Made by a program: the position numbers and the translations under genes
In this document: in pieces, positions 17,432-24,745 of the stretch
How positions within the stretch are numbered: position 1 is the stretch's first letter
Layout of the letters: every line of letters starts with the position of its first letter
Assembly: GCA_964538435.1 (NCBI GenBank)
Contig: CAZIDX010000002.1
Span: forward strand, 117,930-181,929
Direction: 5' to 3'
Length of the DNA: 64,000 bases
From: an uncultured Gammaproteobacteria bacterium
GTDB lineage: Bacteria; Patescibacteriota; Patescibacteriia; UBA9934; GWF2-40-263
Notes under the pieces: generated by a model
Told to the model about the DNA's origin: nothing
What the model saw: the letters and a program-made list of their open reading frames with translations, nothing else
The model's database searches: none

Positions 17432-19516
17432 CTAGAAACCCGGCCACACCTTGCGAAGCGCCTCCCTCGTTGCATGACCCATCTTCAGGCCCCGCGCAGT
17501 CTCCTTGTCGTACCAGCTTGCCGAAGCAATCTCCACCAGATCCACATCCGCCTCGTACTCGATCAGCACGCGAACCAGGATGTTGGTCACCACGTACGCA
17601 CGCTCCTCACCACCGGGCTTGACCCAGCCAGTGTAGTGCACGCTCACGTTCTCCGGAGCAGGCTCGGGCAGACCCGTCAGGTCCACACCAATCTCCTCAC
17701 CAGCCTCGCGGATCCCCGCACAGAGAGCATCGTGATCTTCAGGATCGATGATGCCACCCACATGCGCGAAGTAGCCCGGATAGGACGTGTCTTCCCCACG
17801 CTCGACCAGCAGCACCCGATCCGTGATCGGATTGTGCAACGTCAGCGTGGCAGCCCTGCGCAGATTCTTGTGGATCGACGGCGGCTCCAGAATCCAGACC
17901 CCTTCGTTCTCGATCCGCTGGACCGTACGGAAGCCTCGAGCCTGGTAGAACTCAGCCACTTCGCAGTTGTCATGTGCAGCCACGAGCACGCCTCGCTGGT
18001 TGATCTGATCCACCAGCTGCTGACCCAGACCCATGCCACGAGCCTCACCGTTGAGGTAGAACGAGTGCCACCCCTCCTCGGTCCTGGCCACCACACCAGC
18101 AATCACATCGCCGGCAAAGATGAGGCTCAGACTCACGCGCCGAGCAAAGTCCGGCCGACCGATCTGCTTCAGGTGGAACAGGTACTCGGACGCAGCTACA
18201 TCCCATTCCTTGCGGATCTGGTTCACAGCATTGAGGTCTCGAAGGTACAGCACATGTCCGTGATTGGTCATCTCGAGCATGAGTGTGTCGCTATCGAGCC
18301 ATGCATCCGAGACATTCGAATTGCATGCCAGTGCCTCGAGAACACTCATGGCCTGCTCGAGCGTACCACACGGGTACGAGAGCCGGGTCTTGGCCATGTT
18401 CTCACCAACCACCCATCCATCATGGAAGTGCAGGCTGGCCGCATGTGCGAACGCTCTGTGGACATGCAGATGCACAGACGAATCGATGCTGGGCTTCTGA
18501 CCCTTCGAGCCCGAGAAGAGCACTTCACGCTTGTCAGGATTCCCGAGCCGCACCGAGATCAGATCGTCCAACTCAAGCTTGCTCTTGTCTGTGGCCCGAG
18601 GGTTCACCAGAAGACTTCCGTCCCCTGGAGCCACTGCCACATTTCCAGACGTATCGCAGAGCAACCCCGCATCCTGAGCAAACTCGATGAGGTCACGCAC
18701 AAGCTGCGCACGTATAGGGCTCGCTTCTGCAAAAACGATCTCAGGAGAACCATCCACTACCTGCACACTCCTGTGCCAGTGGGTCGCGCGGTAGCGAGCC
18801 ATGATCTCCACGATCTGACGCGCCACATCATCGCTGTGTCCCTCGATGCGCACCACGCCACCATCCGGTGTCACCCACCAGATGGGATGCTGTCCGCCAC
18901 CGATCTCCTCGGCCAGGTTCGCAATCGTGCCATTGAGCCGCGCTCGCTTGTTCTGCTTGCGCGCAGCAGCGATCACATCCTGCAGGCTCGAGTTCTTCTG
19001 ACTCAGCAGCTTGAACCCCACGATCAGGCACTCGATCCCGAACTTCTCCCGCCAGGTGTCGAGCACCTTGGGAAGCTTGGGAATGCGCAGCACGAGCTCA
19101 TCACTGCTCGAGGAGATCTTCCCCTCGATCGGATTGAGAAACCCGAAGTCACTGACCGCAGCCGCGCTCATGGCGTATCCCGGCTGACCGTAGGTCTGGA
19201 CTGCCTCGTCAATGGCCTCCAGATACTCCTTGAACGTGCTGAACACGATCACCTTGGCACCCTTGGGAAGATTCGACCGATGCTTGTAAAAAGCGAACTC
19301 GCTGAGAACGAGCACCACCGGAATCCCGCGGCGGGCGAAGTGATGTGCGAACGTCACTGCAAAGCCACCCTTTGCCTTGTTGGCCATGGAACGCATGGCA
19401 TCGACTTGCGCCATGGTTCCACCACCCGTGATCAGGGCGTATGGAGCTTGAAAGGACATGTCTTGACCTCCAGTTGCCAGTGAATCTGGCAAGGCCAGAT
19501 CATAGCAGAATTCCAA
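17432..19516 (-). CDS. 694-aa four-domain fusion: CoaB-like (phosphopantothenate-cysteine ligase family) / class II aldolase-adducin-like / GNAT acetyltransferase / Nudix hydrolase
   Basis: ITGGGTMAQVDAMRSMANKAKGGFA (CoaB signature); SGNVAV...HLHVHRAFAHAASLHFHDG...LEMTNHGHVL (class II aldolase); GMGLGQQLV...AEFYQARGF (GNAT); GGIIDPEDHDALCAGIREAGEEIGV (Nudix box). GC3 very high; the plus-strand ORF 17474..19483 is antisense-like. Confidence 0.75.
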   Translation of the reverse strand: MEFCYDLALPDSLATGGQDMSFQAPYALITGGGTMAQVDAMRSMANKAKGGFAVTFAHHFARRGIPVVLVLSEFAFYKHRSNLPKGAKVIVFSTFKEYLEAIDEAVQTYGQPGYAMSAAAVSDFGFLNPIEGKISSSSDELVLRIPKLPKVLDTWREKFGIECLIVGFKLLSQKNSSLQDVIAAARKQNKRARLNGTIANLAEEIGGGQHPIWWVTPDGGVVRIEGHSDDVARQIVEIMARYRATHWHRSVQVVDGSPEIVFAEASPIRAQLVRDLIEFAQDAGLLCDTSGNVAVAPGDGSLLVNPRATDKSKLELDDLISVRLGNPDKREVLFSGSKGQKPSIDSSVHLHVHRAFAHAASLHFHDGWVVGENMAKTRLSYPCGTLEQAMSVLEALACNSNVSDAWLDSDTLMLEMTNHGHVLYLRDLNAVNQIRKEWDVAASEYLFHLKQIGRPDFARRVSLSLIFAGDVIAGVVARTEEGWHSFYLNGEARGMGLGQQLVDQINQRGVLVAAHDNCEVAEFYQARGFRTVQRIENEGVWILEPPSIHKNLRRAATLTLHNPITDRVLLVERGEDTSYPGYFAHVGGIIDPEDHDALCAGIREAGEEIGVDLTGLPEPAPENVSVHYTGWVKPGGEERAYVVTNILVRVLIEYEADVDLVEIASASWYDKETARGLKMGHATREALRKVWPGF

Positions 19517-19660
19517 GAAAAGTCAATGTTTCCAAGGGTTTTCTTCCAAACCCAGGGTGTCCACATTGACAAATACCCCACAAAAGCGTAGAATCCGCAT
19601 CGTGTCTAAAGGAAAGAGGGGCCTGACACCACTACATTTTCCCTTGGAGAAACCTAGCGG

Positions 19661-20308
19661 ATGAACGAAGGAAACCTGCTCACCATGTGCCACGGAGACA
19701 TCGGTGTGGGACAAGTAACCACCTCGACAGCACAGACCGAAGACCAGACCGAAACCGAGCTGAGCCAATGGCCACATAGCGCCACGCTCACCCCATGGAT
19801 CATCCCCATGGGCACAGAGCGCCCGATCCCCTGGAAGGAACCGGCCACGCACATCTCCAGACTGATCCGCCCCACGGACACCGTGGCCCTGATCAGCTTC
19901 CGTGATCCCACGGATTGGGAAGGCATCGCGCTTCGCATGCTCGAAGCCGAGAACCAGAGCGTGAGCATCATGATCATCGCTCCGGACGGAACCGATCCTC
20001 GCGTGCTCGGCACCCTGATCTCGAACGCCGGCGACCACGCTTCCATGCACGGTCGTATCCAGCACGAGCGCGAAAAGGTCGTGTTCGAAGCCTCGGATCA
20101 CCTCATGCGCATCCTGGGTATCGATCTGCGCAAGGCTGTGCGCAACTCCATCACCCTGATCCACCAAGGCCGTGTCAAGGCTTCCTGGATCTCCATGAGC
20201 CGCGAAGGCTCAGGACCGCACGACTGGTCCGGAACCCAGCGCACCCTCGAGCTCTTTGCCGAAGAAGAGCCCACGGACGTCTACGAAGAGCTCGAACTCG
20301 AAGAGTAA
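19661..20308 (+). CDS. hypothetical protein (GC-rich island), acidic C-terminus
   Basis: High GC3 in plus frame, varied composition; overlapping minus ORFs are G/A/R/V-rich antisense artefacts. Confidence 0.5.
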   Translation: MNEGNLLTMCHGDIGVGQVTTSTAQTEDQTETELSQWPHSATLTPWIIPMGTERPIPWKEPATHISRLIRPTDTVALISFRDPTDWEGIALRMLEAENQSVSIMIIAPDGTDPRVLGTLISNAGDHASMHGRIQHEREKVVFEASDHLMRILGIDLRKAVRNSITLIHQGRVKASWISMSREGSGPHDWSGTQRTLELFAEEEPTDVYEELELEE

Positions 20309-20431
20309 CCCTCCTCGACCAAGCTCACTGCAACCGATCTTGCCCCGCAAGGTCGGTTTTCTCATTCCGACGAATCTCTAACACCTCACTACCTCCACCC
20401 AGAGGCCGGTTGCACACCAATTAAGGCGAGT

Positions 20432-20517
20432 GGTGCTGTGTGGGTATTTCACGAGGTGGTGGTCGTCTATACTGTGAGACGGCCCGGCTCCGCCGAGTGA
20501 AATACCCACACAGCACC
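20432..20517. repeat. 21-bp perfect inverted repeat (GGTGCTGTGTGGGTATTTCAC ... GTGAAATACCCACACAGCACC) with 44-nt spacer at right border of GC-rich island
   Basis: Read directly; both arms exact reverse complements. Confidence 0.6.
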
Positions 20518-20540
20518 ACGAGCCGATTCATAACAAATCA

Positions 20541-20570
20541 AAAAACCGGCCGCAGCCGATTTTTTTCAAT
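20541..20570 (-). terminator. intrinsic terminator of rpmG
   Basis: cggc-tgcg-gccg stem flanked by A-run and T-run immediately downstream of the rpmG stop. Confidence 0.5.
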
Positions 20571-20726
20571 CTACTTGGTTTCTTTGTGCAACGTATGCGT
20601 CTTGCACCATTTGCAAAACTTCTTGAGCTCCAACCGGTCCTTAAGCTTCTTTTTATTCTTAAAGCTCTGGTATCCGATCCGTTTGCACTCAGTGCACTCA
20701 AATTTGATGAGATTATCTTGAGACAT
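20571..20726 (-). CDS. rpmG: 50S ribosomal protein L33
   Basis: Manual minus-strand translation: [51 protein letters not shown] (51 aa), with the L33 zinc-ribbon Cys pairs and KNKK/LHKETK signature. Below the 60-aa cut-off of the ORF track. Confidence 0.85.
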   Translation of the reverse strand: MSQDNLIKFECTECKRIGYQSFKNKKKLKDRLELKKFCKWCKTHTLHKETK

Positions 20727-20855
20727 ATTTCATTCATTTACGGGCAGATTGTACTCATCTTACCTATTTTTGTCAATAGATCTCCCCATGCCCCACTCTG
20801 GATATCCAGACTTCACAAAAAACCCATCTTTTGATATTATTTCGCCGTTACCTGC

Positions 20856-20885
20856 GCCGTTGTAGCTCAGTCGGTAGAGCGCATC
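20856..20885 (+). other. 30-nt duplicate of the 5' end of tRNA-Thr(GGU)
   Basis: GCCGTTGTAGCTCAGTCGGTAGAGCGCATC identical to 21182-21211; followed by GC-rich hairpins, not by the rest of a tRNA. Confidence 0.7.
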
Positions 20886-20939
20886 TCCCGCCGTTGGCGG
20901 GACCCCGCCTCGTAATATGGCGGGGCATGGTAATGTAAT

Positions 20940-21182
20940 ATGCATTTCGTATACATTCTCTACAGTGAATCTCATAATCGTTATTACATCGGCTCTACAT
21001 CAGATATAGACAAACGTCTTGTTGCTCACAATTCTGGAAAAACCCGATCAACAAAACCTTTTAGGCCTTGGAGGATAGTTTATTCCAAAACACTAGAAAC
21101 GAACACTGAGGCAAGAAAAAGAGAAAACCAAATCAAAAGATACAAAGGAGGAGAAGCTTTCAAAAAACTCATAAACAACTAG
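20940..21182 (+). CDS. small GIY-YIG nuclease family protein (YhbQ/UPF0213-like)
   Basis: YILYSESHNRYYIGSTSDIDKRLVAHNSG (GIY...YIG...R...H/N), ...RENQIKRYK; stop codon overlaps first nucleotide of the tRNA. Confidence 0.8.
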   Translation: MHFVYILYSESHNRYYIGSTSDIDKRLVAHNSGKTRSTKPFRPWRIVYSKTLETNTEARKRENQIKRYKGGEAFKKLINN

Positions 21183-21257
21183 CCGTTGTAGCTCAGTCGG
21201 TAGAGCGCATCCATGGTAAGGATGAGGTCACCGGTTCAATCCCGGTCAACGGCTCCA
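21182..21257 (+). tRNA. tRNA-Thr (anticodon GGT)
   Basis: GCCGTTG acceptor, GCTC-AGTCGGTA-GAGC D arm, CATCC-ATGGTAA-GGATG anticodon arm, ACCGG-TTCAATC-CCGGT T arm, CAACGGC-T-CCA. Confidence 0.85.
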
Positions 21258-21294
21258 CGCAAAACACTCCAGCTTGCCTGGGGTGTTTTGCGTT
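21258..21294 (+). terminator. intrinsic terminator after tRNA-Thr
   Basis: gcaaaacactcc-agcttgcct-ggggtgttttgc. Confidence 0.5.
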
Positions 21295-22519
21295 GTCTGA
21301 TATAATAAAGACCTCAAACAATACTATGAAACTCTTTCACCACCACACCGCGCGCCACCACCACAGAACACTCGACTCAGACTTCTGGCTCTTTGAACTC
21401 TCTGTGTGGATGCACACCTTTGCCCGAGCCCTCATTGCCATTTTCATCCCAATCCTGCTTCTCCAACTCGACTATTCTGTCAGCGACGTCATGCTCTACT
21501 ACTTCCTCTACTGCCTCTTTGACGTCCCTCTCAACTTTCTTGCTGACTCTGTTGTAAGGCGGATTGGTGCGCGAGCAGCCATCACAGCCGGAACACTTGC
21601 TGCCATCGCCTTTTTCATCATCCTCTTTGCCCTCACTCCAAACAACTGGCCACTCATTGTCGCCCTCGCTCTAGCAGCTGCCATCTACGACACGCTCTAC
21701 TGGGTCGCCCATCTCTACTTTTTCATGGAGAGCAGCAAGAACCGCAAGAGCGCATCAAAAGACACTGGCCTTATGAGCATTGCCAGGCGCCTCGCAGGCC
21801 TACTCGCACCAGCATTCGGAGCACTTGTACTAATTTTCTTCAGCGACAAAGTCCTCATCCCAATCAGCATCTTAATCCTGCTACTCTCAATCGTACCACT
21901 ACTCAAAGCAAAACACGTCAAAGACAAACCAACAAAACCAAAACCAACCTTTAAAGAATTTTTTCCAGAGTGGCGAAACCTTCGCGACTACGTCATTACA
22001 AGCCTGTACGGAGTTCATGCAGCAGCCGAAGGCATCATCTGGCCAATGTTCATCTTCCTCACATTTGAATCCATCGAATCTGTAGCCATTATTCCAATCA
22101 TTGTCTCAATCACAGCAATGATCTTTACCTTCTTTGTTGGAAAACTCAAACGCTCACACTTTAAAGAATCGATTGCCATCGCAAGCACTCTTATCGCTGT
22201 AGCCTGGGTGCTCAGATTCTTCTTTGCTGTTCCAACATTTTATTTCGTCAGTGTATTCCTCGTCGGACTCTTCATGGTCTTCATCAGCATCCCAGTGGAC
22301 AGCAGCATTTACGAACGAGGAGAAAATGTTGATTCTCTCACCAGCTCCACCTACCACAACTTCTTTGCCATGATCTCAAAACTTATCTTCTTCGGAGTCT
22401 TAGCGCTTGTCTCACACATCTTCCCTTCAACGTTTTGGATCGCAGCCTCATGCATGATTCTTGTGGCGCTCATTGCTGGCTTTGCCCACCCAGTTCTGCC
22501 CCAAACCATCAAAAAATAA
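21293..22519 (+). CDS. polytopic membrane protein, MFS-transporter-like (about 12 TM)
   Basis: ORF track 408 aa, repeated hydrophobic helices, His-rich N-terminus. Confidence 0.5.
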   Translation: MSDIIKTSNNTMKLFHHHTARHHHRTLDSDFWLFELSVWMHTFARALIAIFIPILLLQLDYSVSDVMLYYFLYCLFDVPLNFLADSVVRRIGARAAITAGTLAAIAFFIILFALTPNNWPLIVALALAAAIYDTLYWVAHLYFFMESSKNRKSASKDTGLMSIARRLAGLLAPAFGALVLIFFSDKVLIPISILILLLSIVPLLKAKHVKDKPTKPKPTFKEFFPEWRNLRDYVITSLYGVHAAAEGIIWPMFIFLTFESIESVAIIPIIVSITAMIFTFFVGKLKRSHFKESIAIASTLIAVAWVLRFFFAVPTFYFVSVFLVGLFMVFISIPVDSSIYERGENVDSLTSSTYHNFFAMISKLIFFGVLALVSHIFPSTFWIAASCMILVALIAGFAHPVLPQTIKK

Positions 22520-22593
22520 TCCCCAAAATTGATCATTGACTTTTTGACATAGTTTCTATAGAATAGCCCTCGTACTCGCTATTTTCGGCATTT

Positions 22594-22678
22594 GGGTCGG
22601 TACTCAAGCGGTCAACGAGGTCAGACTGTAAATCTGATGGCATCGCCTTCGCAGGTTCGAATCCTGCCCGGCCCACCA
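22594..22678 (+). tRNA. tRNA-Tyr (anticodon GTA), class II with long variable arm
   Basis: GGGTCGG acceptor, TCAGA-CTGTAAA-TCTGA anticodon arm, long variable arm, GCAGG-TTCGAAT-CCTGC, CCGGCCC-A-CCA. Confidence 0.85.
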
Positions 22679-22679
22679 T

Positions 22680-22755
22680 GCCACCTTAGCTCAGTTGGTA
22701 GAGCACCGGTTTTGTAAACCGTAGGTCGTCGGTTCGAGTCCGACAGGTGGCTCCA
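22680..22755 (+). tRNA. tRNA-Thr (anticodon TGT)
   Basis: GCCACCT acceptor, GCTC-AGTTGGTA-GAGC, anticodon loop TTTGTAA, GTCGG-TTCGAGT-CCGAC, AGGTGGC-T-CCA. Confidence 0.8.
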
Positions 22756-22855
22756 GAAAAACATTCAGAGAAATCTGAGTGTTTTTCTTTTCTAACAAGT
22801 TAATATTTTTTGCCTAAGCCTAAGCAAATTTTGCTTAAATTAGCGTCAGGATCAC

Positions 22856-22884
22856 TTGACAAAAGTGCAAAAATATGCTATGAT
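22856..22884 (+). promoter_or_regulatory. strong sigma70-like promoter TTGACA-N17-TATGAT
   Basis: TTGACA 22856-22861, TATGAT 22879-22884. Confidence 0.55.
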
Positions 22885-22890
22885 GGTACC

Positions 22891-22976
22891 ACAATTGAAC
22901 TGGGGAGAGAGACCAAGTGCCATTCTTGGACCCAAACAATGGCAAAACAAGCAAAATCACCGAAAACCGGTTTTTG
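22891..22976 (+). ncRNA. candidate ~85-nt small RNA beginning CUGGGGAGAGAGACC and ending in an intrinsic terminator
   Basis: Promoter upstream, no ORF, terminator gaaaaccggttttt; 5' motif shared with 32043 element. Confidence 0.4.
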
Positions 22977-23021
22977 TCTAAATTTCTCCTCCAGAAAATA
23001 GATAAAAATCGGTTTTTGTTT

Positions 23022-23155
23022 TTTCAGCGCCCCGTCCAAGACTAAGGAAATTCCTTATTCTCGGACGGATCACCCTGATCCATCGACTCAACTCGCTCCC
23101 TGTCCCCTCGTAGAGGTGGATAAAGCGCTGGCTCCTGAATAAGGGGTCGGAAGGC
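23022..23155 (+). promoter_or_regulatory. structured leader RNA element, copy 1 of 4 (nested hairpins ccgtcc...ggacgg)
   Basis: Shares outer stem CCGTCC/GGACGG, conserved CGACU...CUGYCCCU...AGARGUG...GCGCUGG core and a pre-RBS hairpin with copies 2-4. Inner hairpin sequence differs but pairing is preserved. Confidence 0.5.
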
Positions 23156-23419
23156 ATGTTCGTTATGATGACCCTCGCGCTCACCGCTCGCTTCGCCGTC
23201 AACTTCGCCAAGGGCTTCGGCCTGGTTTCCCTCTTGGTCTTCATGACCTTGATGGTGGTGGGGCTCGAGATGAGCTTCCACGCGGGGACGACCTTGTCCC
23301 TGAAGACCATGGTGGAAGTCTGCACGATCACGGCGCTTCTCGGAGTCCCAGCAGGCTGGTTCGTCGCCTGCTACCCGATCGAAGTACCTCAGGCGAAGAT
23401 CCTGAACACGCCCAACTAG
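23156..23419 (+). CDS. small hydrophobic protein (87 aa, 2-3 TM)
   Basis: ORF track; ATG 7 nt after GGAAGG. Confidence 0.5.
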   Translation: MFVMMTLALTARFAVNFAKGFGLVSLLVFMTLMVVGLEMSFHAGTTLSLKTMVEVCTITALLGVPAGWFVACYPIEVPQAKILNTPN

Positions 23420-23538
23420 GGCCGGTATCTCCTTGCCTTTCGGGAGATGACGAACTACTTAGATAGGCAAAGGGCACGCAACCACCCTAAATCAGGAAGC
23501 ATCCAGCGACGACCTCACCAACGCAATGAGTGAGGTAT

Positions 23539-23662
23539 CCGTCCAAGACGCATAAGCACCCGCTTGTGCCCCTCGGACGGAATATCTCCGTTCGACTTCC
23601 CCGCCCTCTGCCCTGTGAGAAGGTGCAAGGCGCTGGCCCCTACGGGTCGAAAGGCAGCTGCT
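23539..23662 (+). promoter_or_regulatory. structured leader RNA element, copy 2 of 4
   Basis: See copy 1; pre-RBS hairpin ggccc-ctac-gggtc. Confidence 0.5.
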
Positions 23663-23992
23663 ATGAAGCGCGCCCTGATCACCGCCACCAACATCTGGAA
23701 CACCCTGCCATGGTGGATCCAGACACCAGTCATGATCTTCACTATTTACTTCTTGGTCTGCCTGTTCTTGGGACAGATCGGAGTATTCGTGAATGCAAGC
23801 GTCCGAAGCTCCTTCGGGGGAGATTTCTCCCTCATGGACTTTCTGAACTCAGAAGCCACCGCCGTGTTCTACGCAGGCGTGTTGTCCATGGGATGCACCA
23901 TCCTCATGGGCGCTCACGAAATCTTGATGAACTTCGCACGCTACCGCGCGTTCATGAAAGTTTTCGTGGGTCTCGAAGACGAGAACGAATAG
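23663..23992 (+). CDS. small hydrophobic protein (about 110 aa); track ORF 23564 starts inside the leader
   Basis: ATG 23663 after GAAAGG; hydrophobic helices. Confidence 0.5.
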   Translation: MKRALITATNIWNTLPWWIQTPVMIFTIYFLVCLFLGQIGVFVNASVRSSFGGDFSLMDFLNSEATAVFYAGVLSMGCTILMGAHEILMNFARYRAFMKVFVGLEDENE

Positions 23993-24024
23993 ACCCACTG
24001 CCCCGCTACTACGTAACCGGGGCT

Positions 24025-24150
24025 CCGTCCAAAGCGCACAAGCAAATGCTTGTGCCCCTCGGACGGAATATCTCCGTTCGACTTCCCCGCCCTCTGCCCT
24101 GTGAGAAGGTGCAAGGCGCTCGTCCCGTGTGGACGAAAGGCTGACGTGTC
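24025..24150 (+). promoter_or_regulatory. structured leader RNA element, copy 3 of 4
   Basis: Nearly identical to copy 2 over the core; pre-RBS hairpin cgtcc-cgtgt-ggacg (compensatory change). Confidence 0.5.
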
Positions 24151-24426
24151 ATGACCTGGTTCCAGAAATTCAAAATCTTCGCGTGGAAAACATTTTGGAT
24201 TGGCTTCCTGTCTATGAACATGCTATTCGCAAGTTTGGGAGCATTCTTCTGCGTGGACATCTTGGAGTTTGAGCTCATGCTCATCTCCTCCGTCGTCATT
24301 GGCGCCATGATCTTCGGATCACTTGCAGCCACCTTCCCAAAGATCGGGGAGGAGATCTTCTACCTCAAGGAAGAAGACGGAAAGATGGTGGATGCCTACC
24401 CACCCGCAGAAAGCAAGGAACAGTAG
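24151..24426 (+). CDS. small hydrophobic protein (91 aa)
   Basis: ORF track. Confidence 0.5.
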   Translation: MTWFQKFKIFAWKTFWIGFLSMNMLFASLGAFFCVDILEFELMLISSVVIGAMIFGSLAATFPKIGEEIFYLKEEDGKMVDAYPPAESKEQ

Positions 24427-24492
24427 CAAGGATCAGTTGCTTCTCCTCAAGAAAGCAACACCACGACTAGCCTCACCAACGCATGTGAGGCT

Positions 24493-24534
24493 CCGTCCAA
24501 AGCGCATAAGCACCCGCTTGTGCCCCTCGGACGG
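24493..24534 (+). promoter_or_regulatory. structured leader RNA element, copy 4 (5' module only), followed directly by a terminator and no ORF
   Basis: Identical to 5' module of copy 2. Confidence 0.45.
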
Positions 24535-24540
24535 ATCATC

Positions 24541-24574
24541 CAAAAACGAGAAGGCTCAATGCCTTCTCGTTTTT
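24541..24574 (+). terminator. intrinsic terminator
   Basis: acgagaaggc-tcaat-gccttctcgt followed by TTTT. Confidence 0.65.
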
Positions 24575-24622
24575 ATTTCTCACCACCCCTCCAAATAAGT
24601 TTAATTGCCAACTAAAGGTGAG

Positions 24623-24745
24623 TGATTTGTTGTGTTTAGACCATCGCGCAGACAAGCCAGCTTGGTGCCCCGAAGGGGATGGCTTGTCGAGCGTGAGCAG
24701 CGACCGCCGCTGGAGCGGTCGACTGCGAGTCTAAATACAACAATC
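24623..24745. ncRNA. GC-rich structured element closed by a ~17-bp stem (GATTTGTTGTGTTTAGAC ... GTCTAAATACAACAATC) in convergent intergenic region
   Basis: Long terminal inverted repeat enclosing internal hairpins (cccc-gaa-gggg, cgaccgc..gcggtcg); no ORF. Confidence 0.35.

Noticed and set aside
17474-19483. 669-aa plus ORF
   Set aside because: Antisense to the four-domain gene 17432..19516, which carries clear enzyme motifs
20760-20975. 71-aa minus ORF
   Set aside because: Runs antisense through the tRNA fragment and GIY-YIG start; artefact
20856-21257. Single tRNA-Thr carrying a group I intron
   Set aside because: The downstream copy is a complete uninterrupted tRNA, so the upstream 30-mer is a duplication, not a 5' exon
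22891-22976. Glycine or TPP riboswitch (because of CUGGGGAGAG / GGCAAAAC)
   Set aside because: Missing the GCCGAAGGAGCAA (glycine) and CUGAGA...AACCUGAUC...UAAUGCC (TPP) cores; no downstream gene
23539-23662. Guanidine-II/III riboswitch upstream of small membrane proteins
   Set aside because: No ACGR tetraloops or the guanidine-III pseudoknot consensus, and the downstream proteins lack the SMR/Gdx TM1 glutamate signature
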